This document shows, one piece after another, positions 1 through 10,314 of a stretch of 64,000 bases of DNA (position 1 is the first letter of the stretch; each line of letters opens with the position of its first letter). The notes under the pieces were generated by a model that worked only from the letters and a program-made list of their open reading frames with translations, was not told the DNA's origin and searched no databases. The position numbers and the translations under genes are program-made. The DNA is taken from contig JBDRPX010000007.1 of NCBI GenBank assembly GCA_043826565.1, positions 9,412-73,411 of the forward strand, in the 5' to 3' direction. This stretch comes from Candidatus Omnitrophota bacterium. GTDB lineage: Bacteria; Omnitrophota; Gorgyraeia; B26-G9.

Positions 1-1
1 C

Positions 2-847
2 TTGGTCATCGGTCTTACTATTGTTGCTTTTGGCACATCAACACCAGAGTTGCTTGTTAATATTTTCTCCAGTACTCAAGGCAATACGGAAATTGCAATA
101 GGGAATGTGATCGGCAGCAATTTGTTTAATATTTTATTAATTTTAGGTGTTTCGGCATTGATTTATCCGTTGGCAGTTACAAAAGGAACGGTAAGGAAAG
201 AAATACCGTTTAGTTTGCTGGCGGTTGCTGTTCTCGGATTTCTTTCAAACGACATTTTGTTTGATCAGGCAGAGCATTCTGCTTTAACTAGAATTGATGG
301 GTTTGTTTTTCTGAGTTTTTTTGCCATTTTCCTTTATTATATTGCGAGTATTTCGAAGATAGAAAAGGGACAACAATCACAGGGTGAAGATGTTAATTTT
401 TTCAAAGCATTAGGTATGGTACTCGGAGGGTTTATTGCATTGATATTCGGTGGAAAAATTGTTGTCGATGGCGCAGTTAAGATCGCATCGCAGTTAGGTG
501 TTAGCCAATCTTTAATTGGATTGACTATTGTTGCCGCAGGCACATCTCTGCCGGAGCTTGCGACATCAGCTGTCGCCGCTTATAGAAAGAATGCTGATAT
601 TGCAGTGGGAAATATTGTCGGGTCAAATATCTTTAATATTTTTTTTGTTCTTGGGATTTCGGCGGTAATAAAGCCATTGCCAATAGCAGAGAGTGTTAAC
701 TCGGATATTTTTGTTTTGATCGGGAGTACAATGCTATTGTTTCTTTTTATGTTCACGGGAAAGCGCAGGATGATTGACCGGTGGGAAGGTGGTTTATTTG
801 TTTTGTTTTATATTATTTATCTCGTTTTTCTTATAAAAAAAGGTTAA
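2..847 (+). CDS. Na+/Ca2+ (CaCA/YrbG family) cation antiporter, N-terminally truncated by window edge
   Basis: Two internal alpha-repeat motifs (GNVIGSNLFNIL / GNIVGSNIFNIF) and GTSTPEL / GTSLPEL, typical of the CaCA exchanger duplication. Multi-TM hydrophobic profile. Confidence 0.85.
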   Translation: MVIGLTIVAFGTSTPELLVNIFSSTQGNTEIAIGNVIGSNLFNILLILGVSALIYPLAVTKGTVRKEIPFSLLAVAVLGFLSNDILFDQAEHSALTRIDGFVFLSFFAIFLYYIASISKIEKGQQSQGEDVNFFKALGMVLGGFIALIFGGKIVVDGAVKIASQLGVSQSLIGLTIVAAGTSLPELATSAVAAYRKNADIAVGNIVGSNIFNIFFVLGISAVIKPLPIAESVNSDIFVLIGSTMLLFLFMFTGKRRMIDRWEGGLFVLFYIIYLVFLIKKG

Positions 848-850
848 AGC

Positions 851-1447
851 ATGAAAAGTTTTATTAATCATTTTAAGTTGTATGTGTCTAGGGGATTGCT
901 GTCGCTTATTCCAATTGGACTGACTATTTTTACGATTCGGATTATTTATGTGTTCATTGATAAGCGTGTCATGGAGTTGGTTGATCAGTATATTGGGTAC
1001 CGTATTCCAGGACTAGGATTATTATTGTTTATTGTTGTTTTGTATTTTGTAGGAATGATTACAAGCAATGTTTTGGGGAAACGCATGATTTCGGTGTTTG
1101 ATAAAGTTATGACTAAAATTCCTTTGGCTAAGACTGCCTATCAGGTTGGTAAACAAATTTCTGATACGCTTGCTCTCCCAGAGAAGCAAATATTTAAGAA
1201 AGCAGTTTTGGTTGACTATTTTAAGCCTGATTCTTGGGTTATTGGATTTGTTACGGGTGAGATAACAGAGGAAGAATCCGGGGAAAAATTGTTAAAAGTC
1301 TTTATCCCAACAGTTCCAAATCCAACATCCGGTATTCTTGTTATATTAAAAGAATCGCAAACGAAAAATCCAAATTGGACTGTTGAGGAAGCTATGAAGA
1401 TGGTGATTTCTGGTGGGATTATTGGGCCTGAAACGATAAAGAAATGA
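851..1447 (+). CDS. DUF502 family membrane protein
   Basis: N-terminal TM segments. C-terminal ...VDYFKPDSWVIGFVTG...FIPTVPNPTSG...EEAMKMVISGG matches the DUF502/COG2928 signature. Confidence 0.65.
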   Translation: MKSFINHFKLYVSRGLLSLIPIGLTIFTIRIIYVFIDKRVMELVDQYIGYRIPGLGLLLFIVVLYFVGMITSNVLGKRMISVFDKVMTKIPLAKTAYQVGKQISDTLALPEKQIFKKAVLVDYFKPDSWVIGFVTGEITEEESGEKLLKVFIPTVPNPTSGILVILKESQTKNPNWTVEEAMKMVISGGIIGPETIKK

Positions 1448-1581
1448 GTTTAGTAGAGGGTCAAGTCTCTACTTGACTACAAGTTTCAGTTTTAGATAAA
1501 CATAAGTTTTTTCAATAGCTCTGTATTCTCTTCTAAATCCAAAAAGTTGCGAAACTCGTCTAATACCGGGAGCCAAAATTA

Positions 1582-1626
1582 ACCCTCTGTAGCTATTTTA
1601 GTCGCAGAGGGTTTCTGATTTTTTCC
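1582..1626 (+). terminator. hairpin (8-bp stem accctctg/cagagggt) followed by a T-rich tract
   Basis: Seen directly in the sequence, about 135 nt after the DUF502 stop. Could act in either direction. Confidence 0.35.
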
Positions 1627-1643
1627 CTGTTTTGGGATGAAGA

Positions 1644-1652
1644 TGGTATAAT
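1644..1652 (+). promoter_or_regulatory. extended -10 element (TGgTATAAT) 23 nt upstream of the Isf start; SD AAGGAGG at 1662-1668
   Basis: Sequence match to a TGn-TATAAT promoter. Confidence 0.35.
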
Positions 1653-1674
1653 TAAAAAAGAAAAGGAGGCCAAA

Positions 1675-2328
1675 ATGAAAATATTACTTATATCATCGAG
1701 CCCGCGTAAAGAAAAAAGCCAGACCCTTCTTTTGGCAAAAGAGGCATTAAAAGGATTCTCAAGTTCTGTGAAAACAGAAGTCATCCATCTATGCGATTAT
1801 GATATTGAGTTTTGCCGTCATTGTGAGGCTTGCCACAAAAAAATCATGCAGTGTCCCATAAAGGATGATGTGAATATGATCTTAGAAAAGATACTGGAAG
1901 CTGAAGGAATAATCTTTGCTTCACCAAACTATATAAATCAGATCACTGCTTCAATGAAAGCATTGTGGGACCGCGCCGCCCATTTTATCCACTGTAGCCG
2001 GTTCTTAGGCAAGTATGTTGCAGCTATTGTTTCTTCGGGAAGCGGGCAGGATCAAGTTGTTTTGGATTATATCCGCTACTATTCCAATACCTGCGGAGCC
2101 CTATACTCGGGAGGCGTATCTTCACGCGTACCGCTCAGAAAAGAAAAAATGGAAGAAGCGCTTAGATTAGGTAAGAAACTAATATTGGATATACAAGAAA
2201 AGAAAGAGTTCCCGGAGCAGGCAAAAGCTATTGAGGCGTTTAAAGAACATTTTAAGCATGTAATACAAATAAGAAAAGACGATTGGGCCGAGGAATATCA
2301 ATACTGGCTAAATAAGGGTTGGATATAA
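1675..2328 (+). CDS. iron-sulfur flavoprotein (Isf) / NADPH-dependent FMN reductase family
   Basis: Flavodoxin-like N-terminus (KILLISSSPRKEKS) and a compact Cys cluster CDYDIEFCRHCEACHKKIMQCP, characteristic of the Isf family. Confidence 0.7.
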   Translation: MKILLISSSPRKEKSQTLLLAKEALKGFSSSVKTEVIHLCDYDIEFCRHCEACHKKIMQCPIKDDVNMILEKILEAEGIIFASPNYINQITASMKALWDRAAHFIHCSRFLGKYVAAIVSSGSGQDQVVLDYIRYYSNTCGALYSGGVSSRVPLRKEKMEEALRLGKKLILDIQEKKEFPEQAKAIEAFKEHFKHVIQIRKDDWAEEYQYWLNKGWI

Positions 2329-2490
2329 ATATATTTATTTAAGCAATAATAGCGAGTTCTTTATACACTAATATGAACTCTTTGTAATGAAATAAGTTGC
2401 CAGGAGTTTTTGTTTGGGGTAGAATGCGTACTCAGGGAAAAGAGCGGAAGTATCGAGTAGTAAATACCGGAGAAAGAGAAGAGTATCATT

Positions 2491-3975
2491 ATGCGTGTAT
2501 TTTTAATTAACATTCGTGACCCCGAATTTTTCACAGTGGCAAAAGGGCAACGTGCTAAAAATGGGAATATCCAAATTATTGGCTCACCCCCGATTGGAAT
2601 TATGACACTTTCTGCGGTGCTCAAACGAGCTGGTCACGAGTGCCTTATGTTTGACCAAGCCAACCCGGAAACACCAAACAAGGTAATTATTGAGAGGATA
2701 CAAGAGCAAAACCCGGACATTGTCGGCCTGAGTTTCTTGAGCACGACCAGCTACTCTTATGCAAAGACTATGGCCCAAGAAATCCGTGCGGCTAATGTAA
2801 AGATCCCGTTAGCTTTCGGAGGCACCTTTGCTACTATTAATGCCGATTTAATCAAGCTTCAGTGTCCTGAAGTTGATTTTGTTTGCCGCGGCGATGGCGA
2901 ACAGCTTATTCTCGATCTTGTAGAACATCTGGATGACCCGGCAAAAGTCAATGGGGTTACATGGTTAAAAGACGGTAAAATAGTACGTAATCCTGATCGT
3001 GCTATAGAGAATGACCTTGATCAGTGGCCATTTCCGGATCGCGAAAGCCTGGCTTTGGATTTTATTAAGGCTCTGCCGCTTGATGTTCCGGCAGTTCTGT
3101 CGAAAAAGCGCTTTACGGTTATGCAGACTTCTCGCGGGTGTCCGCAGTCGTGTGTGTTTTGCACGATTCCAGAGATAAGCAAGAGAAGGTGGCGGGCGCG
3201 CAGTGCTCAACATGTTATTAACGAATTGAAACATTTACAGAATCACGGCTATGGTGTGATTTATTTTGTTGATGATAATTTTCTTTTGAAATCCAAACGG
3301 ATCGAGGAGATCTGCAAAGGTATCAATGATAACAATATTAATATTGAATGGGGTTGTGAAGGGCGGGTTGACTCAGTAGTCCAGCATCTTTTCCCAGTCA
3401 TGGTTAAAGCTCACTGTATAATGCTAATGTTTGGTGTTGAGAGCGGCAGCCAGAAGATGCTTCATCGGCTGGATAAAAAACAAACATTGTCTGAAATCCA
3501 GGAAGCTATAAAGGACGCCAAACAGGCAGGAGTTAAGCTTGTGCATGGTTTTTTTGTTGTGGGTAGCCCTGATGAAACAATTGAAGATATGAGGGCCACC
3601 TTTAAATTTGTCTCAAAACTTCGGCTGGACACCTTTAACTTTAATCGATTATGTGTTTACCGCGGCACACCGCTTTGGCAAGAGTATGTAAAGCGAGGCC
3701 TACTAAACGAAGAAACTGATTGGTATAAGTTTTTTAAATGTTCGGAGATTGACCCGACCTGTCTTTCTGGAGAAGTAATCAACCAGGAGCGCATGGTGGG
3801 TATCCGCCAGCTCTTTTTTTATAAGCTAAGGCATTACCCATTGCAAACACTACGGGTCCTATATCGCCTTGTTCGCAACATGCCATTTCGCGACATTCTG
3901 CATCTCATCATCAAGCCTTTCTTGGGAAATAAACGTGGGCCTATAAAGGCGGAGCTATTGTCACGAGAAGTTTAA
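2491..3975 (+). CDS. B12-binding-domain radical SAM protein
   Basis: N-terminal cobalamin-binding-like domain (GLSFLSTTSYSYA...). Radical SAM motif CPQSCVFC (CxxxCxxC) after TSRG. Confidence 0.8.
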   Translation: MRVFLINIRDPEFFTVAKGQRAKNGNIQIIGSPPIGIMTLSAVLKRAGHECLMFDQANPETPNKVIIERIQEQNPDIVGLSFLSTTSYSYAKTMAQEIRAANVKIPLAFGGTFATINADLIKLQCPEVDFVCRGDGEQLILDLVEHLDDPAKVNGVTWLKDGKIVRNPDRAIENDLDQWPFPDRESLALDFIKALPLDVPAVLSKKRFTVMQTSRGCPQSCVFCTIPEISKRRWRARSAQHVINELKHLQNHGYGVIYFVDDNFLLKSKRIEEICKGINDNNINIEWGCEGRVDSVVQHLFPVMVKAHCIMLMFGVESGSQKMLHRLDKKQTLSEIQEAIKDAKQAGVKLVHGFFVVGSPDETIEDMRATFKFVSKLRLDTFNFNRLCVYRGTPLWQEYVKRGLLNEETDWYKFFKCSEIDPTCLSGEVINQERMVGIRQLFFYKLRHYPLQTLRVLYRLVRNMPFRDILHLIIKPFLGNKRGPIKAELLSREV

Positions 3976-3996
3976 AAGGGTTAGGCGATCATAAAC

Positions 3997-6270
3997 TCAA
4001 CAAACATCCTGTTCCACCTGCCCCATGACTGTGTAAATTTTGATTAATGATATCAACCAAGCCAAGGTGGATTCCGCGCCTTGATTTGCGCTGACTCCAT
4101 AACTTTCTATTCCATCACCGCAACCACCGGTTTTATAATCATATACTGGGGTTTGCAGGTCATTCTGCCCCATGAACCAGGATAGGCATCGTTCACTTTC
4201 TCGAAGCCAGTTTTTTTCTCCTGTTTTGATATAAACATCTAAACACGCATTTATCAAACTCATGGTTTCGATTGGCTGTTGACCAAATTTAGAATGCTTA
4301 CCTTGTTTGTCGAGCCAACCATCATTGCCGATTAATGACAAATGTCCCTCTGGAGCTGTTTGAACTTTCAACAACCACTGCAGTGATTTTATGCCCATTT
4401 CATACATGTCTTTATTTGGCAACCATTGCCCGGCGATAATTAACGCGTGTGGTAAAATAGGGTTGGCATATGTTACCTTTTCTTCACACCACGGCCACTG
4501 ATCAGTCGCATTATTTTTAAACAACTGATATGTTTTTTCGGCCAAAAGATTTCGCATATTACAGGCATCGGTATCCCCTTCGTAAACAGTCAGATATGCT
4601 TGCAGTCCCAGTATTGCAAAAGCCCATGCCCTGGGCGAAGTAAATAGTTTCATTGCCGGCAGTGCCTCCTTAAATAAAAGCATGGCAATTTTGCGAATTG
4701 AATCATCCGGAGCTTCTTTAACGATAACCCCCAAACTCCAAAGAGAGCGGGCATGAGAATCTTCACTGCCGGTTTCTTCAAGCCAACGACGATCATAAGT
4801 CATGAAATTACGGAACCTGCCGGTATTTTCATTGAAAGCATAATACAAAAATGCCAAATATGTTTGGAGTAAAGGTAATACAGTTTTATCTTTACGTAAT
4901 GAATAATACATTGCAATTGCGATTAATGCGCGGGCATTATCATCAACACAATAACCGTGATGAAGATTCGGGGTTGTGTATTTAGCATGTTGAAGTATGC
5001 CAGTGCTATCGGATAAAGTTATCAAATGAGATAAGTTGATCTCAGGCAGTTCATTAAATATTTTATGATATTCCCAAACAACATTTTCTAAGTTATCTAA
5101 AGATTTCCGTTCGTTTATATCGGAAATTATATCAAAATGCTGCTTGGCGACCTTTTCCCAGATCATATTTCGGCAATGTTTATATGCCTTAACCCTCATT
5201 GCATCACGTTTTTCATCATTATCTAATAGCTCATTGATGGTCTTTGACATAGCCGCTGAATCATTAAATGGAACAAGACATCCCCGGCCATCAGCCAATA
5301 GCTCTTCTGCGTGCCAGAACGGAGTCGAAACAACTGCCGCGCCTACACCCAAAGCATAGGCAAGAGTTCCCGATGTTATCTGTTCTCTATTAAGATAAGG
5401 AATCGAGTATATTTTTGAAGTTTGAATATAGCGGACAAGGATATCAAGTTCTACAAATTTATTATGAAAAACTACATGGTTTTCCATTTTTAATTTAATA
5501 ATCAATTGCTGCAAACCGTGACGATAAGAGTCACCGGTTTTATCCAGCACATGAGGATGAGTTTTTCCTAAAATTAAATAGGTGACATTAGGATGTTTTT
5601 TTACAATTGCCGGAAGTGCCTCAATCATATTTTCAATACCTTTATTCGATCCCAGAAGACCAAAAGTAAGGATGATATCTCTATTCCCCAATGCAAACTG
5701 TTTATTATATAATCCCTGTTTCTCAAAAGAAGCATTCGGTATTCCATGAGGGACAAAACATACCATTTCACGATCAATACCATAAACTCGGGTTAAAATA
5801 TCAAATGCTTTATTACTCATAACAAGCAGACGATCAGAATACTTCGCTAGGCCCTTCATTACTTTTCGCTGTCCGTCTGAGGGGGTCTCAAGTACTGTAT
5901 GCAGATTCGTAAGCACAGGCATTTTTAAAGACTTTAACATATGAAGAATATAGGATCCATCTTCACCGCCAAAGATCCCATACTCGTGCTGAAGAATCGC
6001 AGCTTCATATTGATGAGCATTAATATAATCCGCCGCCCAAAAATAATCAGATTGAATGTTCTGCCGTACTTTAAATTTTACAGGAGAAGGATAATCATAA
6101 CCCTTAGGAATATCATCCATAGCAATATTTATTAAATTCTGTTCAACTTTAAGTTCTTTCGCTAAAGCCAAGCTTAAGTCGGTCGTAAAAGTAGCAATCC
6201 CGCAATTCCGCGGAATATAATTGCCAATAACCGCAATCTTTCTAATGTTTTTTATTTTGTGTTTATCCAA
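3997..6270 (-). CDS. GT4 glycosyltransferase fused to a C-terminal (alpha/alpha)6-barrel glycoside-hydrolase-like domain
   Basis: N-terminus KIAVIGNYIPRNCGIATFTTDL plus typical GT4 C-terminal half. About 350 extra residues with a GYCVDDNARAL-type six-hairpin glycosidase region. Confidence 0.55.
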   Translation of the reverse strand: MDKHKIKNIRKIAVIGNYIPRNCGIATFTTDLSLALAKELKVEQNLINIAMDDIPKGYDYPSPVKFKVRQNIQSDYFWAADYINAHQYEAAILQHEYGIFGGEDGSYILHMLKSLKMPVLTNLHTVLETPSDGQRKVMKGLAKYSDRLLVMSNKAFDILTRVYGIDREMVCFVPHGIPNASFEKQGLYNKQFALGNRDIILTFGLLGSNKGIENMIEALPAIVKKHPNVTYLILGKTHPHVLDKTGDSYRHGLQQLIIKLKMENHVVFHNKFVELDILVRYIQTSKIYSIPYLNREQITSGTLAYALGVGAAVVSTPFWHAEELLADGRGCLVPFNDSAAMSKTINELLDNDEKRDAMRVKAYKHCRNMIWEKVAKQHFDIISDINERKSLDNLENVVWEYHKIFNELPEINLSHLITLSDSTGILQHAKYTTPNLHHGYCVDDNARALIAIAMYYSLRKDKTVLPLLQTYLAFLYYAFNENTGRFRNFMTYDRRWLEETGSEDSHARSLWSLGVIVKEAPDDSIRKIAMLLFKEALPAMKLFTSPRAWAFAILGLQAYLTVYEGDTDACNMRNLLAEKTYQLFKNNATDQWPWCEEKVTYANPILPHALIIAGQWLPNKDMYEMGIKSLQWLLKVQTAPEGHLSLIGNDGWLDKQGKHSKFGQQPIETMSLINACLDVYIKTGEKNWLRESERCLSWFMGQNDLQTPVYDYKTGGCGDGIESYGVSANQGAESTLAWLISLIKIYTVMGQVEQDVC

Positions 6271-6283
6271 TTTGCTGCTCCTC

Positions 6284-7732
6284 TTATTTTTTTGATTTCA
6301 ACATAGCACTTAGCAAGCGATCAACAGACACGGTGGCTATTCCTGAATTTGTATCGGACATAGCATAGGGTATAATTAAATCGCCTTCATGGATTATTGC
6401 TCCGCAGGAATAGACTACGTTTGGCACATAGCCTTCGCGTTCTTCTTCTGTTGGGGCAAGTATCGGCTCAACTGTACTTCCGATAATTTTGCTGGGGTTC
6501 TTTAGATCCAGGAGAATTGCTCCAATGCAGTATTTACGCATTGGGCCTACGCCGTGCGTTAGCACTATCCAGCCTTTTTTAGTTTCAATCGGAGATCCGC
6601 AGTTGCCTATTTGGAAAAATTCCCAAGCATATTCAGGTTCTTTCAAAAGCTTTACGTTTGGCCAGAAGTAAATATCATCTGATGACATCAGAAATAAATT
6701 TTCACCATCAAAACGGGAAATCATCATATATTTCCCGTTTATCTTTCGCGGAAAAAGAGCCATGCCTTTATTGCCGGCAAATTTACCGTTGAGAGTGATT
6801 ATTTTAAAATCAAGGAAGTCTTTGGTTACTAATATTTGAGGCATGATCTTAAATCCATTATAAGCAGTATAAGTCGCATAATAAGTGATACTGCCATCGG
6901 CATCAAGAAACCTTACAAAGCGCGCGTCCTCAATCCCATTACGGTCATTTTGAGAGCAAGGGAAAATAATTCTTTCGGATAATTTCTGCTCAAGTTTAAA
7001 GTGTAATTCATAGTTTGACATAGCCAGCCATAGTATTGTTTCGGCATCATCAGAATTGATTTTATCCGAGGATATCCGTAATACAGCTTTTAAATCAGAA
7101 AGCGAAAAATGCTTCTGCAATTGACTATCAATAAGAGCGGAAAATTCATTTTTAACCCCTAACTCTGCCATTTTAAAAAAGAACGATTTCTTGTCATAAA
7201 CAGGATTACTTGCGGTCGTTGCTCTTTCAACATATGGACTGACTTTATCAAAACTAAAGTCACCCTTTTTATCAATTACTCCGCTTCTAAATTCTACCGA
7301 GGAAACATGGCCTTCTCCCACGGAACGAAAACTTATAATAAAACGCATGCTTCCTTTAGGCAAGTCACTTTGATCGGGATGCTCAATAATAGAGGGGTTA
7401 AAGAATGCCGCAGCCTGGACAGAATATTCTAAAGTAAAATAAGCTCCTAGAAGTACTCTTTTAGTATCATTTATCTGTATATTCTTAGGGATATATTTTT
7501 TTATTTCATTGTAATGTTCATCAAGCGAACCTAATATGTTTTTATGCCTAGGGGAAAAATCTGCCATCACTTTGTCTAATGTCTGCTTGGCCTTTTTATC
7601 AGAGAGATTTAAAACTCGTGTTATAATTTTCTTTATACGCCCCTGACCATGAGGAATATGTGCTTTTGTAATAACTCGTTTTGGATCCGGTTTAAAGATC
7701 TTATTGATTTTTTTAATATTGTAAAGTGACAT
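6284..7732 (-). CDS. GH130-family (beta-mannoside phosphorylase-like) protein with N-terminal extension
   Basis: C-terminal region GYVPNVVYSCGAI...GDLIIPYAMSD and GWIVLTHGVG are conserved GH130/DUF377 blocks. Confidence 0.65.
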   Translation of the reverse strand: MSLYNIKKINKIFKPDPKRVITKAHIPHGQGRIKKIITRVLNLSDKKAKQTLDKVMADFSPRHKNILGSLDEHYNEIKKYIPKNIQINDTKRVLLGAYFTLEYSVQAAAFFNPSIIEHPDQSDLPKGSMRFIISFRSVGEGHVSSVEFRSGVIDKKGDFSFDKVSPYVERATTASNPVYDKKSFFFKMAELGVKNEFSALIDSQLQKHFSLSDLKAVLRISSDKINSDDAETILWLAMSNYELHFKLEQKLSERIIFPCSQNDRNGIEDARFVRFLDADGSITYYATYTAYNGFKIMPQILVTKDFLDFKIITLNGKFAGNKGMALFPRKINGKYMMISRFDGENLFLMSSDDIYFWPNVKLLKEPEYAWEFFQIGNCGSPIETKKGWIVLTHGVGPMRKYCIGAILLDLKNPSKIIGSTVEPILAPTEEEREGYVPNVVYSCGAIIHEGDLIIPYAMSDTNSGIATVSVDRLLSAMLKSKK

Positions 7733-7745
7733 TATTTTCTCCTGA

Positions 7746-8681
7746 TCATAAAGGTTTTCGAGGATTATTAATACACAGGTTCACTAGCTCATTTATGTTT
7801 GCTTCGCCGACACACATAACAGTATCAGCCCCACCCCAATAAATCTTAACCGAACCATTATCTTCTGGCACAGCCCCGCAGGTAAAAACGACATTAGACA
7901 CATAGCCGGTTATTTCCCAGGGATCTTCCGGCTGAAGTATCCATTGATCAGAAACTCCGATAATTATTGAAGGGTCGGCTAAGTCATGAAGTGCAACTCC
8001 TAGTCGGTATACTGCTCCTGCCATTGTTTGGAAAACCCCGTGATAAATATTAAGCCAGCCTTTATCGGTTTTAATCGGTGTGGCGCCCGGGCCGATCTTC
8101 ATTTCATCCCAATGGTAGGGCTCTGGTTTTATTAGTAATTTAGAGTTTCCCCAATGAATTAAATCCGGAGAATATGATATCCAAATCGACCATTTCGAAA
8201 TTTCAGAATGCGGCCTATCGAGCCGGACATATTGTCCGTTTATTTTTTGGGGAAATATTACAACATTTCGCAAATCAGCCTGAGTGATTAAGGCTATTCT
8301 TTCTACTGTTTCAAAATCTTTTGTTTTAGCCAGTCCGATCCGGACCCCATGCCTAGAATAAGCGCTGTACGTGAGCAAAAAATCATCATCTATTTTACTA
8401 ATACGCAGATCCTCGAGACCGTATTCTTCATATTCCCCGAATTTTGAAACGCTCGATGGTATTAAAAACGGTTCGGGTTTAACTTTAAAATCATAACCGT
8501 CATCACTCTGCGCCATCCCGATAACCGACCGTCCGTTTAATAAATGAGAACGAAATAACATAATATATTTATTCTGATATTTAACAACTCCCGCATTATG
8601 CACTGTAGCGACAGGATAGGGGACAGCATCTTTAGTGAGAATGGGGTTTCCTTTATAACGGGTCACGACTTTATCTTTCAT
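7746..8681 (-). CDS. GH130-family glycoside phosphorylase/hydrolase
   Basis: RYKGNPILT...FNAG..., GWLNIYHGV and GYVSNVVFTCGAV blocks typical of GH130. Confidence 0.75.
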   Translation of the reverse strand: MKDKVVTRYKGNPILTKDAVPYPVATVHNAGVVKYQNKYIMLFRSHLLNGRSVIGMAQSDDGYDFKVKPEPFLIPSSVSKFGEYEEYGLEDLRISKIDDDFLLTYSAYSRHGVRIGLAKTKDFETVERIALITQADLRNVVIFPQKINGQYVRLDRPHSEISKWSIWISYSPDLIHWGNSKLLIKPEPYHWDEMKIGPGATPIKTDKGWLNIYHGVFQTMAGAVYRLGVALHDLADPSIIIGVSDQWILQPEDPWEITGYVSNVVFTCGAVPEDNGSVKIYWGGADTVMCVGEANINELVNLCINNPRKPL

Positions 8682-8683
8682 AA

Positions 8684-10036
8684 TTAACCTGCTCTTCCAT
8701 ACTTATCTTCGAATCTTTCAATATCCTCTTCGCCAAAATACTCCCCTAGTTGAATTTCGATAAAAGCGATTTCTTTATCTGACACATTCTTAACCCGATG
8801 TTTACTGCCGCAAGGAATATCAATACTTTCACCTGTTTTTACAATGATTTTTTTATCATCTAGGGTTACCAGTGCTTCACCTTTTATGACCTGCCAATGT
8901 TCACTACGATGTTTGTGTCTTTGTAGGCTAAGCTCACCTGAGGGAAAAACAACAATTCGTTTGACCTTATGATCAAGCTCATCGGCAAGTACTTTATAAT
9001 ATCCCCAGGGACGTTTTTCTTGCCGTTTAGTGCTATTGATAATTTGCTCATAGACCTTAATATAATTATCAACCATAGTCTCAACGGAAAATTTATCCTC
9101 TACTGTTTTTCGGCAGTTCTGTCTGTTTATTTCCGGGATCTTACCCAGGGCGGCAACTGCTTCAGCAACATTATTAACAAGAAATCCGTTTACCCCAGGC
9201 TCGATTAACTCAGGCATGCTTCCTTTATTAAAAGCCACAACAGGAGTTCCACACGCCATTGACTCTATTACCGAGAGTCCAAATGGCTCTTCAAAAAAGA
9301 TCGGATGAAGTAAGGCATATGCATTACCCAACAATTTGTCGCGGTCTTTAGGGCCAACACTACCCATATAAGTTATATCATCATTTAAATGACAGGCGAC
9401 TTCTTTATCAAAATATTCCTGATCCTGAATTATGCCTGCCATTATTAATTTTTTACCAAATGTTTTAGCAATCTCAATTGCCTCTTTTGCTCCTTTGTCA
9501 GGATGAAACCGGCCAAAAAACAACAAATAATCACCACGATTATTTTTAAATGTAAATTGTTTAAGGTTAATTCCGTGATACACAGTTGCCACATAATCAA
9601 GTTTATCACTGCGATCAGAATTACTAATAGAAACATAGTATGTTTGATTATTATATTTTTCGTAAACAGGCAGAATGGCCGAAGAAGAAAATCCATGTAT
9701 CGTAGTCAGCACCGGGGTATCAACCAAGCCGCTATAAGTTATCGGTAGAAAGTCAAAATTATTATGAATAATATCAAATTCATCGGCCCGCTCAAAAACC
9801 TCAGATATATGAAGCGCTTCCCAGACTTTAGGTTCGACTGTTTTATCTTCTTCATATCCACGCCTGCACACAAAGCTGTGTTTTGCGGCAGTTACAGAAT
9901 CACCGGTGGCAAATAAAGTTACGTCAATGCCTCTTTTAATCAACCCTTCGCAAAGTAAAGAAACAACATTTTCCCACGGACCATAATGAACCGGCGGAGT
10001 CCTCCACGCAATAGGCGAGATTAAAGCTATTTTCAT
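8684..10036 (-). CDS. GT4 glycosyltransferase fused to a C-terminal cupin (ManC/mannose-6-phosphate-isomerase-type) domain
   Basis: N-terminus MKIALISPIAWRTPPVHYGPWE with GT4 EX7E-region core. Last ~110 aa RPWGYY...FPSGELSLQRHKHRSEHWQVIKGEA...GSKHRV match the type II PMI/GMP cupin. Confidence 0.7.
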   Translation of the reverse strand: MKIALISPIAWRTPPVHYGPWENVVSLLCEGLIKRGIDVTLFATGDSVTAAKHSFVCRRGYEEDKTVEPKVWEALHISEVFERADEFDIIHNNFDFLPITYSGLVDTPVLTTIHGFSSSAILPVYEKYNNQTYYVSISNSDRSDKLDYVATVYHGINLKQFTFKNNRGDYLLFFGRFHPDKGAKEAIEIAKTFGKKLIMAGIIQDQEYFDKEVACHLNDDITYMGSVGPKDRDKLLGNAYALLHPIFFEEPFGLSVIESMACGTPVVAFNKGSMPELIEPGVNGFLVNNVAEAVAALGKIPEINRQNCRKTVEDKFSVETMVDNYIKVYEQIINSTKRQEKRPWGYYKVLADELDHKVKRIVVFPSGELSLQRHKHRSEHWQVIKGEALVTLDDKKIIVKTGESIDIPCGSKHRVKNVSDKEIAFIEIQLGEYFGEEDIERFEDKYGRAG

Positions 10037-10252
10037 AAAAAACTCCTTAAAATTATTAGATTAAAGTACTTCTTATTATAGCATAGAAAACATTATTTTT
10101 ATGACATCTTTTAGAATCGTATTTATCAATAAACTGTAAACACAGTATAATTATGCTGATCAAGATAACAGAAATCCGGTATTTTACCAAACTAAAATAA
10201 AGGTTGTGCAGGTGGGATTTGATGGCCCTCCAATCCCTTGTTTCCATTAAGC

Positions 10253-10281
10253 TTGACAGTATTTGTTGCTTGTGCTATTAT
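10253..10281 (+). promoter_or_regulatory. sigma70-type promoter TTGACA-N17-TATTAT (with TGn)
   Basis: -35 at 10253-10258, -10 at 10276-10281. The predicted transcription start lies about 25 nt upstream of the GTG start at 10315. Confidence 0.55.
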
Positions 10282-10314
10282 TGGCATATGCCAATAATTA
10301 AAAAGGAGGAAGAT

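Noticed and set aside
337-543. 68-aa minus-strand ORF inside the CaCA antiporter gene
   Set aside because: Antisense to a conserved coding region. No start context.
10204-10314. Longer N-terminal extension of the DUF134 ORF (starts 10204 and 10288)
   Set aside because: It lies upstream of, or overlaps, the predicted sigma70 promoter and transcription start. It has no SD, whereas GTG 10315 has a perfect one and gives the canonical family N-terminus.
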